Below are positions 43,011 through 55,600 of a stretch of 64,000 nucleotides of DNA, in pieces. The stretch's first letter is position 1. Each line of letters begins with the position of its first letter. The notes under the pieces were generated by a model. That model saw only the letters and a program-made list of their open reading frames with translations, was not told the DNA's origin and made no database searches. The position numbers and the translations under genes are program-made. The stretch lies in contig OX337234.1 in assembly GCA_946965045.2 (NCBI GenBank), positions 2,046,001 through 2,110,000 of the forward strand. The letters are read 5' to 3'. The stretch is from Epithemia pelagica. Its lineage: Eukaryota; Protista; Bacillariophyta.

Positions 43011-46000
43011 ATGAGCTCAACATCATCGCTATGTTGGCCTAAGCTCATCTGCGCATCCATCGTTACTCTGGCCATCGTTGATGTAGTATTTGTAGAAGCA
43101 GTATTCGAGGACATTGTGTCCGACTATGACGACCATATGGATGGAATGTTTGCCGTCGATTCCATGCTTGATTCAAGGTTGTCGTATGTTGGACAGCTCT
43201 TTCAGGAAAGCTCGTGGCTGTCGGAACTGAAGACTGTTGATCTTGTGCAGGGCCAGATTGATTGGGTCAGATCCAATGGAGGTTTCGTCTCATCGAAAGT
43301 ACAAGTTCGACGTATTGATCCCACGGATCACGAGTCTCCCTTGGGTGTGTTTGCGGTCAAAGATATTGAACAAGGCGAACCAATCTTGTCCATTCCACGC
43401 AATTGTTTGATTACGAGCGAACAGGAAACTCCTGATTGGATCTGCGACACCTCACGCAATCTAGCCAGAGAGTTGAGATTGGGCAATGAATCCTCCTATG
43501 CACCCTACATCAACTACCTCAACAAGCAGCCTTATGGACAGTTACCGAGTATGTGGAGCGACGCTGGACAGGATTTGCTACTCGAAGTAACTGGTGGAAG
43601 CAGGCAGGAAGACGACCAAATCCTGCCGCCCTATGGTCCAGTTGGATGGTTGGATGATGAATGGCGGAATTTGTGCGATGGTGGAGATGACTTGGTGGAA
43701 CAGCACGCTTTCTTGACTGTGATTCAACGTGGTTGGCATGACATTCTCATTCCCCTCTATGACCTGCTCAATCACCGCAATGGAAAATGGCTCAACACCA
43801 TGAGCAACAGCTTTCATGACCCCAATCAGGACGTCCAAGTCTTTGCGTCAAAGTTAATTCAAGCTGGCGAACAAATCTATAGCTCGTACAGCCATTGCGA
43901 GTCTTGTGGGGGCCGCCATGAGAGCTATGGAACTCCTGAATTTGTACGAGATTATGGCTTTGTGGAGATGTATCCTCAAAGGTTTACTTTTGAAGAGCAA
44001 GGCGTCGCTTTTTCTGTGGACAGAGAGCATGAGAGCGACAATGAATTGAAGGTAATTTGGCATTCCGATGAACTCTTTTCGGATAACGAAGATGCAATCG
44101 AGTTTTTTCAAGATCAACTGCAGCGATTGGGAGACGTTTACGACCGCCGCATGAAGAACCATAATGAATACGTTCCCACCAATGAAATGGAGGTTCTCAA
44201 GAAGTTCACTGTCGCCTATATTGTGGCCATGGAACGCATGCTGGACGTTATCCGTGGTATCGATTGCGCAGTATCAGCAGACGGCGCGGAAAACTCTACA
44301 GCTTCCTGCTCTATATCTCCCAAGCGATACAGTAGCCTTGACGAAAAATACGATGAATATGATAAAAGGACTTGCGACAAGTACGTGTCGCTAGATTTCT
44401 CGTGGTACGACGATACCGAACAAATCCAATCGCACTATCAGCTCAGTTCCTATATCGAGAGCCCTGAGAACGGGAACACTTGTTTTGACTTAGGTAAGAG
44501 AACGTGACGAGGGGATGTAACTCGAAAACTACTTGACATTCGGAGTACATCTCACAGTCCAGTTTGTTTCTTCTTACTACCAAGATGACATCTATCAGAT
44601 ATGTGGAAGCTATCGTCCTCATTATCGTAAGTACGGTCCTCGATGCCTTCTCTTCAACTGCAATGACGTTTAATCACTCACGGATTCTGCATGTTAGATG
44701 AAATGGTGGTCCATTATACCGCTCGTTTTCTTCCAAAGATTCAACGGGTACTTTGGGTTGGAGGCGGTGACAGGTAGGTCCCCCCCGAGGTCCAAACGTT
44801 GGGTTTACTTTTACTTTCTTGAACTCACAACGTTTTAGCATGTTGCTCCACGAGATCATCAAGTATCCTGATTTGGAGTTTGTTCTTGGACTTGAACTCG
44901 GTACGTGCCGTTATGCGTTGAATTTGTTGTGGCGCATAAGCAACTACATTATTCTGAAACATTTTCTTGGGTACATCAGACCAAACTGTGACGAGAGGGG
45001 CGTTCAAGCACTTTGGATCCCAACCGCATTGGGACAACGAGAAGGTGCAGTGGTGGTATGGTGATGCTGCCAAGAGTCTGCTCATGCTTCCAAAATCATA
45101 CTTTGGTACCTTTGATATGGTCTTGGTGGACCTGAGTGAGACCGTCATGAGTGCGCTCGTCACCAAGGACCTGGACATCATGTCGGCACTTTCATTGCTC
45201 CTCAAGCCTGAAGGTATCTTTGTCAAGGTAAGTCAGGAAACGACACTAGTTTGTTTGGGAAGCACATTAACGTTCTCACATATTCTGGCATAGAATGAAT
45301 TGTATTTTGAGAAATTGAACCCAATCTTCAAGCATACCATGCAGATTCACTACTACGACGTTCCTGTCATTTGTAGCCAGTTCTTATGTCTTGGAAGCCA
45401 TGGAGTTGATTTTGTCAATCGCGAGTTGACGGATCACAAGGTGGAGACCAAACTGTCTTTATTGGACAACGTTGACCATGACTTTCAAATAGTTCACGAC
45501 TACTTGACCAATCCTCATGCGGAACGACACTGTACTGCAGAAGATGAAGACGGTGACGAACTTGTAGATCAGGGAAGAAGCCCAGGAATTGTCATGATTC
45601 TCGAAGCAGAAAATGTCAGTGCAAAGCTTGATTCATCCAGCAAGCTTGAAAGTCTTCTTCGACCAGCCTTGGAAGAAGAGGGCCTCTCGGTCGTCTCGAC
45701 CACAGTATCGGATCATGAGTCTGGTGCCGTGTTGGTAGTTGTATTGCAACAGGGATATGTGGTAGCCCGCTTCTGGTCGGAGCACAAATACTGCGCTTTA
45801 GATATCCATATGTGGAGCAGCTTTGAAAAGCATGACAATATCAAAAATTCTTTGGTCGCCGCTCTGGGTGGTGAGTCTCGGTTTGCGTCGTCATTCCGCA
45901 TTGTGGCTGGTGGCATGTTTGGCCTGAGCACCGGGCAAGAAGACTACCAAGCACGTGGTCCCAAGTACACCCAGGACTGCAGTGACACACCAGAGCTCAT

Positions 46001-47204
46001 GCATGATGAACCAATGGCTTCCACGAGGGTGGATGACATTGTGAGTAAACTCCTTGGTGTACCAACGTGGGAAAACGTGGTTGCAACCGTCCTCTGTGGA
46101 CCCCAGGACCAAGCGTGTCACAGCATTCAAGTCTTGTCGCAAATCCCGTCGATTCGAAAAGTTGTTCCCCTCTATACCTGCCCCAGTATCGACAACCTCG
46201 TGGAGGGTCAAGAAAATAGTGGAAACCTCAAGTATGCGTGTGAAGCCAAGCTTTTGGAGCAATTGGAAGAATCGACTGAAGCGGGTGACAAGATTTCAAT
46301 CGTTGTAGTAGACCAGTCCACGACCTTTGCCATGGCCCAAGTCGTGAATCGCATTACCCAGCGCAGCACCAACCTCCAAAACTTTTTTACGCATAAGATT
46401 CAAGTTGTGGCACCGATTGTCGATCCAACCGAAACATGGAGACAGTACTTTGTGGATGGTTTCCGAGAAGTTGTTCCGGTGGAACCGGCCTTTATGGCGG
46501 ATCTGCTGTTCAACACTACGGAGAGTAGTTTGGAAATTGCCACCTTTCTCTCGGGCGACGACCACTTTATTTCGCACATGAAGCAATTCCAGCAGGACAT
46601 GCAGCAACAACAAAGTGATCTGGTAGTAGACATTCGAGAATATGGTGGCGGAAATGTCAAGTTTCAAAAAGACTTTGCAGCATCTCAATGGTTCCTACCG
46701 CAAGATTACGATCAACGGGAACCCTATGAGCAGTGGCATTCGCAACAGCCAACAGGTCACCAATCCATTGTGCAATTTGAGGCTGAACAACCAGGTGACA
46801 GCAATGCGACTGTATTGTCCAAGGAGCTTGTCAAGGATTTGATGGTCCAAACGATCCAACACCTCGGCCTTGATGTTGCAGGAGGGGATCCAGTTCCACA
46901 AGAATTCTCTGGCATTGGAGATGGCAGTGTCTTGGTGTTGATTGTGGAGGGCAAAGGACAGGTGATTGCTTTGTACGATGGTCGCAGTCACGTTACCGTG
47001 AACCTGTTCACGTACGAGGACTCGAGTGCGTGGGCCGAAGGCTTTGCAACTCATTGGACGACGCTTGTGGAATCATTGGATGTGGTCTTATTTGACGAAA
47101 TGCCTCGTGGCTATGGCCGAGTGGTGAATTTCCAGTCGGACTTTTTGGAACCCCATCGTCAGGTTCCCCGGTGGGCCTTGCATCTGTTGAACCAGGACTC
47201 GTAA
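43011..47204 (+). CDS. Multi-domain fusion: signal peptide, SET (LSMT-like) methyltransferase, aminopropyltransferase (spermidine synthase-like) and two AdoMetDC-like domains; about 5 introns in 44493-45293
   Basis: SET: WVRSNGG...GVFAVKDI...LIPLYDLLNH...GEQIYSSY. Aminopropyltransferase: RVLWVGGGD|SMLLHEIIKYP...GLEL|DQ...GDA...FDMVLVDL. AdoMetDC-like: VVVLQQGYVVARFWSEHKYCALDIH and DGRSHVTVNLFTY. Confidence 0.87.
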
Positions 47205-47756
47205 GTGGCACATGATCAAACAAGAAAAAGAAGCAGACACTCGTTTATAGCTCACGCTCAAAGGAGACAAAAAGAGCCTTGGACCCCAGACAACGTAGAT
47301 GCGTAACTTTCTGATTCATAGGAGTTTAATGAGAACCTAGCAACCATGATCCATGATAGGAGTACCAAAAAATATGTCAGGGCCGACCTTCTAAGTCTAT
47401 CTGTGTATTGTAGGGGAATAAGAAGCTCGTCAGTTTGTGGGACCATTCATGGGGGCTTATTTATTGTAAGAACATTCCTTACGGTCCCCCGGCGCATCTC
47501 GCACGCGCACAGAGCCAACGAACGTATTCATTGTTTATATTTGTATTGTATTTTTAGCTTGTAGATTGTAGACCCCAATCGGGGGCCATCTTGCTTTTCG
47601 CCCCCTTATCTCATCATGATCAAGGGGTTCGTGACCAAACATCACACAAAGATCTTTCTTGCGTTCGGTTTTGGATCTTTTTCTTGTTCATTGCACACAG
47701 TTGTGAGATGGAACAAGTACGGATAGCTAGTCACTGGGAGTTTATGTTTAGGAAGA

Positions 47757-49595
47757 ATGTCGGACAATGATGAAAGTAAACATCAGCCTTGGAAGAAATT
47801 GAAGCGAGACGTGTTGATCCGTGATTGTGTTCAATCTCATGTATTGGAAAATGAGGCAACCCTGATCCAAACCTATCAACACGCCAAACCGTTTTCGCAT
47901 GGAGTCTTGCAACATGTCTTGCACGAGGACTTTGCCGCTCAAGTGCTGTCGGAAGTGAAACAAAACTCCAAGGTCAATTTCAAAGAATCGGATTTGTTTC
48001 GCGTCTATCAATCGATTGACATGGCCAATCTGACCCATGAACAACATGCCGAGACGCATCCGACCGTTTTGCAATTGCGGCACGTCTTGTACTCGACGGA
48101 ATGGCGGCAACGGATGGAACGATTGTGTGGTTTGGCACCGGGAACCTTGACGGAACAAGTGGATTGTGCCTTTAATTGTCACACGAGTGGTTGTCATTTG
48201 TTGTGTCATGACGATGTGATTGGGACGCGAAAGATTAGTTACATTCTCTATCTCACCGAACCGGATTGGACCGCCTCGGAAGGGGGCGCCCTCGAGCTGT
48301 ACGATCGAGAACCGGCCACTGCAAACCCTGACAAGGATACCCATGCCTCCAAGACGGCTGTTCCCAAATCCATTCCCTCTTGTACCATTCTCCCCACCTT
48401 TAATCACTTGGCCTTTTTCATGGTCGAACCAGGAGTAAGTTTTCATGCCGTACAAGAAGTCTTTGGAGATCGTCCAAGACTCAGTTTACAAGGATGGTAT
48501 CATACTACTCATGAACCCGATGGTATGGAAGGTGCCACTCTCCAACAACTCAAGACAATGGGCAGCACCGCCACTGACAACATGAAAGATGATGCAGTAC
48601 CCTTTCAACCCATTTCCTACCCACCATCCATTGACAATGCCACCACCGGTGCTCAAAACGAGCAATGGACTGCGAAGGATCGAGACTATTTGTCCAAGTA
48701 TCTACACGAAACCTACCTTACTGACCAGGCATTGCAAAACATTGGGACACAATTCGAGGAGGACTCAAGTGTCCAACTCCAACGATTTCTCAAGTCGGAA
48801 TGGATGGAGAAACTCAATCGGTTACGAAACCAAGAAGAAGCGTCGACTCGCAAAACCATTCTCGACAAAGGTTACTATGAACAGGGTGTCACATCGGAAT
48901 GGAAGTTGGTGGGGCCGGCTCACAAGCAACGATTTCTCGGGTATCAAACCTCGGCAGCGCCGACAGAGGATACCGTGGGAGGCGTTTTGTACCATCTCCA
49001 GCAACATCTCTTGTGTTCCACTCCCTTTCAAAAATTCCTGGCGCAAGTCACGAGTTTGGGATTGCCATTGGGTCAACGAGGCCGGATACGTCAATTTCGC
49101 AAAGGCTTGGACTATACCGTGGCGCATTACGGAATTCTCACACGCAAGTCCGTCTTGGATGCGACGCTGTGCTTTGTGGCGGGGGATGGCGGAGGAAACA
49201 CCCCACAACAACAAGAACAACAAGACGAAGAAAATGAGCATGAAGCGACATCCACTGACGATTTAATTTGGCAATCGGGAGACAGTGGGGGCTTTGAGTG
49301 TTATATTGCCGCCGATGAAAACAACAGTGACACGGCTGCTGCTCAAGAAGCTGCCGATGAGTACAATCAGGAAGATGACACAGAGCTCCTGAGTGTATCA
49401 CCCAGCAACAACACACTGTCCCTCGTTTACCGAGATCCTGGAACCATGAGATTTATCAAGTATGTCGGTGCTAGCGCGCCAAGTTCCAGGTGGGACATCG
49501 CAATGGAATATGATGTGGAAGATACACAAGACGAGGACGAGGAAGAACAAGAAGCCAACGACAGTGATGCTGGCTCTCAGAACCAATCCTCATGA
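47757..49595 (+). CDS. OGFOD1: Ribosomal prolyl hydroxylase, OGFOD1/Tpa1-like (2OG-Fe(II) oxygenase)
   Basis: HLLCHDDVIGTRKISYILYL, GGALELY, SFHAVQEV and RLSLQGWY, followed by a second C-terminal oxygenase-like domain (RQFRKGLDYT...GGFECY). Confidence 0.92.
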   Translation: MSDNDESKHQPWKKLKRDVLIRDCVQSHVLENEATLIQTYQHAKPFSHGVLQHVLHEDFAAQVLSEVKQNSKVNFKESDLFRVYQSIDMANLTHEQHAETHPTVLQLRHVLYSTEWRQRMERLCGLAPGTLTEQVDCAFNCHTSGCHLLCHDDVIGTRKISYILYLTEPDWTASEGGALELYDREPATANPDKDTHASKTAVPKSIPSCTILPTFNHLAFFMVEPGVSFHAVQEVFGDRPRLSLQGWYHTTHEPDGMEGATLQQLKTMGSTATDNMKDDAVPFQPISYPPSIDNATTGAQNEQWTAKDRDYLSKYLHETYLTDQALQNIGTQFEEDSSVQLQRFLKSEWMEKLNRLRNQEEASTRKTILDKGYYEQGVTSEWKLVGPAHKQRFLGYQTSAAPTEDTVGGVLYHLQQHLLCSTPFQKFLAQVTSLGLPLGQRGRIRQFRKGLDYTVAHYGILTRKSVLDATLCFVAGDGGGNTPQQQEQQDEENEHEATSTDDLIWQSGDSGGFECYIAADENNSDTAAAQEAADEYNQEDDTELLSVSPSNNTLSLVYRDPGTMRFIKYVGASAPSSRWDIAMEYDVEDTQDEDEEEQEANDSDAGSQNQSS

Positions 49596-49656
49596 CAGAT
49601 AACCATTTTTCTAGAAAGCCCTGAACATTAACCCACTCTTATTTTACCTGGCTCTT

Positions 49657-52600
49657 CTAATCTTCATCCTTTTGACCGGATGTGGTCCTCGCTCTCATGG
49701 CAGCTAGGTCCTTAATACCATATCCTTTGCCGCGCCCGGATGCGGCAACTTCCTGTTTCTCTTCTGGCACAGGAGCAGGAGCTGCGGAAGCCGGCTGATT
49801 CGTTCCACGCAATGACGCAGAGGAAGCCGACGTTGATTGGACCGGTCGTGACGAGCCAGGAACCACACCCCCTGGTTGTAGTGGCTGACCACCCAAATCC
49901 TGAGTTCCAGCTTGACGCGACTGTCGCGAGGATTCACTGCCTCGCTCGCTCATATCCGTCAAGGAATCTCCCTCCTGTTTGGTAGTGGAGGTCCTCTTCT
50001 TCATAGCAGAGAGGTCTTTTGCTCCTCTTCCAAGACCAAGACCACCACCACCACCCAATTGAGGTCTGTGACCCTCGCTGCTCCCAAGACTGTCTTTCAC
50101 GAAGTGAATGGGCGTGGAAGACGACGGCGCCAGCTTGGAATGCATGAAATCCTTTATTTTGTAAAATGCACGTCCATATGGTACTAGACTCATTTCAGCG
50201 GATGCTATCATTGTTCGTTCACCTGCGGTCCTTGAGACTGTACTGCCTTGTAGATGCAGCCCTTTCGCCTGAAGCGAGGCCACATAACATCGGACGTCGA
50301 TAGGCCTTATTGATCGCTCATTCAGAGGCAGATCAATGGATGAGTCCTTCTTGTTCACTTTTGAGGGACGTCCAGAGCCAGATCCCATTGGTAGGGGACG
50401 TTTAAGCTTTCCACGATGAGTGCAGGTTTTCAGAGCGACACAACCATTGAGAACTGTTCGAGCGTATTCTTTTGCGCTGATGATCATTAGCCACACTGCA
50501 TCTTCGCTGACTTTCATGTTGGCTGCGTGAGCAGTGGTTCGGACTGTGGGATCAATCGACAGTGCTCCTGGTATACGAAGCGAGGAGTTGTTGGGACGCT
50601 TCACTTTCTGTGGAAAGGACGGGGGTCCGCCAAACGTTGGCAAATAACCTTGTTTACCCACCCGTCCAACTTCTTTGGTTTTGTTACTGGTAGACTGGGC
50701 ATCGTCACGTGTACATACTCGTATTCTATTCCTCCATGTGTGCGGTAGATGAGGCGATATTTCATGAAAAGGAACCCGTAGCCGCAAACATTGACGAAGA
50801 AGACCTTGAAGCCAAGATGCACATCAGAAGCGGAAAAAGACTGCGACAACATAGCGAACATTCGTCTTACCTTTAACAAGCTTGTTGTGAAGTTTTCGCA
50901 GTTTCTTTGTTTTTAGAAATCCATTGATGGCTGACCTAGATTTCTCAATGACGTTGGGAGTGTTACCACCATCAAATCGCATTCGCATGGAATCCCAGTA
51001 CCGCGCAAACTTTCTGTCGTAGTCGTCCACTCCGTGGACAACGGATCCTTCTGTGTATATTCGAAGCTTGGTTTGCTCAAAATCATTACTGCTTGGTGAT
51101 CCATCTGATTCCTGTTTCACATGGCTCTTGAAGCGTTTCAGAGGAAACTGTGAAAGGTACGACTCGGTCAACTTGCGCTTTCTCTGCTGAATCTCATTAG
51201 ACTTATTTTTATTCTGTTCTGGCGACTTCGCCCCATCCATCTTTTTGGCGATTATCTCATGATTTTGTTTCGATTCATCTAAGATCTTTTCTGACGCTTT
51301 GCTTGCTTCTTCCACAGCCCCCCTCGATTCTTCAATCTTCGTCTCAGTAAACGTGACATGGAGAGAACTAGTGTTCCCTTCTTCGGGTTTTGTCGGTTGA
51401 CTCGTATCCGAACCTAACTTCGTATCTGTCGGTTCTGCCTTAGTTTGTGGAACGGATTCTTTCAATTCTTGGGACGGCGCTGCTTTGTCAACTTCGCTAG
51501 GTTGGTTCGTCATTGATTCAAGCTGCTTTTGAGATTTGGCATGGGCCGTAGTTAAGGACGACGGTGCTTCGCCGCTATCGGTAGCTAATATTGATGTCGA
51601 TGTCGCAACTTCTTTCTCTCCCTTCATATCGCTAATGAGCTGATCGTTTCTCTTGGAAACTTGAGGGTTAGTTTTTCCGGTTACCACCCCAGAAGAATCT
51701 GGGATGCTCCTTTGTGCGTCTCCTGTTTCACTGAACTTTGGGACAGACTTCAACGGAGAAGTTTCATCTCCACCTGACGGCAACTGCCCAACATTGTCGC
51801 TCGATGAGTCTACCGATATTGTGCCAATCTCTTTGTGCTCTTGCGGATCTCGTGCTATGGACTTTGATTGGAAAGGTGGTCCACTCCCAGATTCTGGCAC
51901 TTCGGGCTGTTTTGATCCATCCTCTGCGCTGTCGGGATCTAACACTGATTCTGTTTCTTTTGTATCTGACGCAAGATGTTTCAGTGCTTCCTTTGTTTCA
52001 GGGGATTCGTTCGGCTTCGCCTCTGCCACAGCCAAGCTGGGGGCAATATTTACATTCGTTGTATCCGCCTTCTCAGTTGCCTGCTTCCCTGTAGGATCCG
52101 AGATCTCAGGCGCCTGTACGGATGAACCAGGGACAGCCATATTCATGTCTTCCGAATCTTTTGTTGTCTCTGGAGGACTTGATTCTTGCACCGAAGCAGT
52201 ACCTGTTAGCGTTATAGGTTTCTCCATATCTGAAACACGGCAATCCCGTATTGACTCGGAAAGGCTTGTGTCTTTCGTGACTACTTCTTTAACTTCCGAT
52301 CCGTCCGCCTCGCCGCGAGGTGGATCTGGTTGTCCTGATTCAACCTCAACGGAGGTTGAAATATGCCGTGGTCCATCTGGACTTAGTCTACTACCAAGGG
52401 CACTAGCATGCTTCTTTTCTTCCGAATGATCACTAGTACCCGAAAGATTTGGACTCCTCTCCGCCCCTGCAGTATCGCCACCGACGTCTTCATCCGGTTT
52501 ATGAATTTGGCTAGAGTCCAATCTATCTGACATTGAACTTTGGATCTCAATACCTGGAGCTAAACCAGAAGCTTGGGTTATAGCCCCACACGCTGCTCCA

Positions 52601-55600
52601 GAACCATCGTGGATATGAGGCGAAGTTGTGGTCGTTACGACAACTTCCGCTTCAGGTTTTAAGGACTTTTCCTGGTCACCAGGGGATGGCAACGCAGACT
52701 CAGCACTTTCCTTCGAAGAGAGACTTGGCTTGACAGAGGAACCCTCAGTAGTCTTTAATACGTCTTGCTCGTGTGCTTGAGAGGAATCAACATGACTCAC
52801 CTTGTCATTGTCATCGTCTTCGCCCGCCAATCTGGAAGTTATCAAACCTGCTGGTATTTCAGCACTCTTGGTCTCATCCTTCTTGGACTCGGTGTGCAGA
52901 TTACTTTCTTCTCGCGGTTTTGTTCTCTGTTGACCGGACGAGGAATCCACCTCTTCTTTTGGCAATACAATGTTGTCCTTAATTGATGCTCGGACTGAAT
53001 CCTCAGAAACATCTACGGCATCGATCTCGGCATCTTTTATCATCGCAGAGTCATCTGTTCCATGCTTCTCGACCACTCTTGATTCAGAGCCAGTGTTTGA
53101 AGTGTGAAGCTCAGCAAGTGATTCCCCTTTCTCAGTTACTTCCATTCGGGTCGAATTTCTCTTTGCTTCTCCCTCTTGAGCAGCGTTGTCCTCTGTTTTT
53201 TCACCCGCCTCAACTACTGCGTTTTTGTCGTGAGCGCTCTCTGTCGCGGCCGGCAACGTGTCCGCCTCATATTTGTTGCTATTTTCATTGCTTTCCTTTG
53301 GTGCATGTACACTGTCGACTGAAACTTGGTCTTTCGACATCTCAGGGAAAGCATTTTTTGTCGGCATCTTTGGAGGTTCGCCATCGGATAGTGGGGTGTC
53401 CATTGTGGTCGTTGGATCGCGATCCGTCTCTGTCTGTGTGCTTAACGTTGGTTCCATTTGTCCAGTTTCGTGAGAAAGTGATTTTACGGTTTCAACTGGT
53501 ATTGCTGTTGGTGTCAAAAGAGTAGTTTCTGTTGATAATTCAGTAGATTCGTCCTTTGCGGCATCTGCCTTACTCAATTCATCAGTTTTCGGAAAATCTT
53601 CTACCGTTGAATCATCAACAACAGGAACTGATTGTGCATCCTCTGAAGCGCCACATACTCGGATATTTCCCGGCTCTTGCAAGTCCGAGACGATTGCGGT
53701 CGCAGAGACCCCAACACGGGAATCGAGGGAGAGAGAACATTTGAGCGTTTCATTTTCTTCAAATGAAGCAATGTTTCCTTCATCTTCGATATCCAAATCC
53801 TCGCCAGAACGGACGACTTCGCCTTTACCTTCGATCACATCTTCGGGTTCTTCCGAACTCTTTGCTCCTCTTGCGACATCTGATATTTTCACTAGGTCTT
53901 CCATATTTTGACCTTCCTTGGCCTGGATCGGCTTAGAACTCTGCGGTACTTCATCGGGACTTCTTGGAATCTTGCTATTCCCCATCTGTCGCGACTGTTC
54001 CTGATCTGTTTGCTCTGTCAAAGATTCAACACACGTCGTCGCGCTTTCATGGTCACTTTGGACTCCAACTTTTCCCGATACAGACTCAGCGGCTAGGCCG
54101 TCTGTGTCTTCTTTCGTATTCTCCTTAACAGCATCAGAAGCACTTTCTTCCATATTCGTCCGTTTTTCATCTTTGCCTGAAGCGTCAAGTTCTTCTTCCA
54201 AGATTTCGACTGCATCATTGTCGAGAGGATGCTCTGGCTTTGTTTGTGTATCCGCCTCAACCCCATCAGATGTCACATCGTTTTCACCGCCACTTGGTAC
54301 GCCCTTCTCATCGGATTGCTTTTCTGATATTGACCCATCAACCTTCTCTGAGGAAGCGGTATCATTTTGACCAGAATCGGGAACATTTGAGAACGAAACA
54401 TCAACCGTTGCGTTGTCAGCAGACAGAGAACCACCGACGACTGTTTCTGGTTCATCCGACGCGACGCCAGCACTAGATCTCGCCAATTCCCCCTCAGATT
54501 CTCCTACAGTTGTCATTGATTTGCTCTGCTTCCCATATTCCGTAGACTTTTTCAAATCATCATGATGGACCTCGCCAAGAGGGTGAATTGGTACAGAGAC
54601 TTCCGATGAATGCGCGTCAACTTCATTGGACGGTATGGTCTCAGCATCACATAGCCGCTTTTCTTCTAGGTCGGCTTGCTCCTGAGTACCTGTATCCATC
54701 GGACCAGATATCAACATAGCTTTCGAAACATCGCTGTCTTGTGTTGGTTTATCAGCCAACGGAGACGATTTTCCTGGGTCGACAGCATTTCCAACTGAAT
54801 CCTGTTCGGACAACACAGTAGCTCTATCGGCTTCTTCTTTTGTGGCGCTACCCTCAGAAAGAACCTCATCTTTATTCAAACTTATTCTTTCTTCGGATGT
54901 CTCTGGCTTTTGACGACTATCACCGTCATGGCGTGATACGTCAACGTCTCTTTCAGTATTGTCCTCCACTTTGTCAGGAGAACTATGAACGACGATATCG
55001 CTACTTTCTACCTGGGCTTCATCAGAGTATACCACAGGCGTAGAGTTGTGTGCGTCTAGTGGCTGGATCTCGGAAGAATTCGGATCGTCCATGGAAACAT
55101 TGTCTTCCTTATCCGAACCAGCTTTGGATGCATCAGACACTCGTTCACCAGAGACATCCGACTTCTGCTTTCTTTCTTCATTTTTTTCTACGGGAGCTTC
55201 ATCGGCATCGGTTCGAACCTCCAGAGACGTCGTATTTTCCGCTTCCTCTGTATGCGTCTCTGCTTTTGGCTCCGTTTCAACATCATCGGAGTTCGGTATC
55301 GATTCAGAACTACCTAGATGTTCGCCTCCTTGTTTGGAGCTGAAGTCGTCAGCTGCCTCTTGTTCCTTTATTGGAACAGAAACACCTTGTGTCGAGCCCT
55401 CAATATGTTCGGCTGAGACTTCCTCAGAAACATCTACAGCTCTTCTAAGTCCGTCATTTGAAGTGTTTTCCTCGATTTCATCGGATCGAGCCTCACATGT
55501 CTTAATGTCCAACCCTCGGTTAGACCCTGATCCGTCCTGTCCAGGACTTTCTGCAGAGTCAAGACGATCATCAGCACCACTATCTTTATCAGAATGAATA

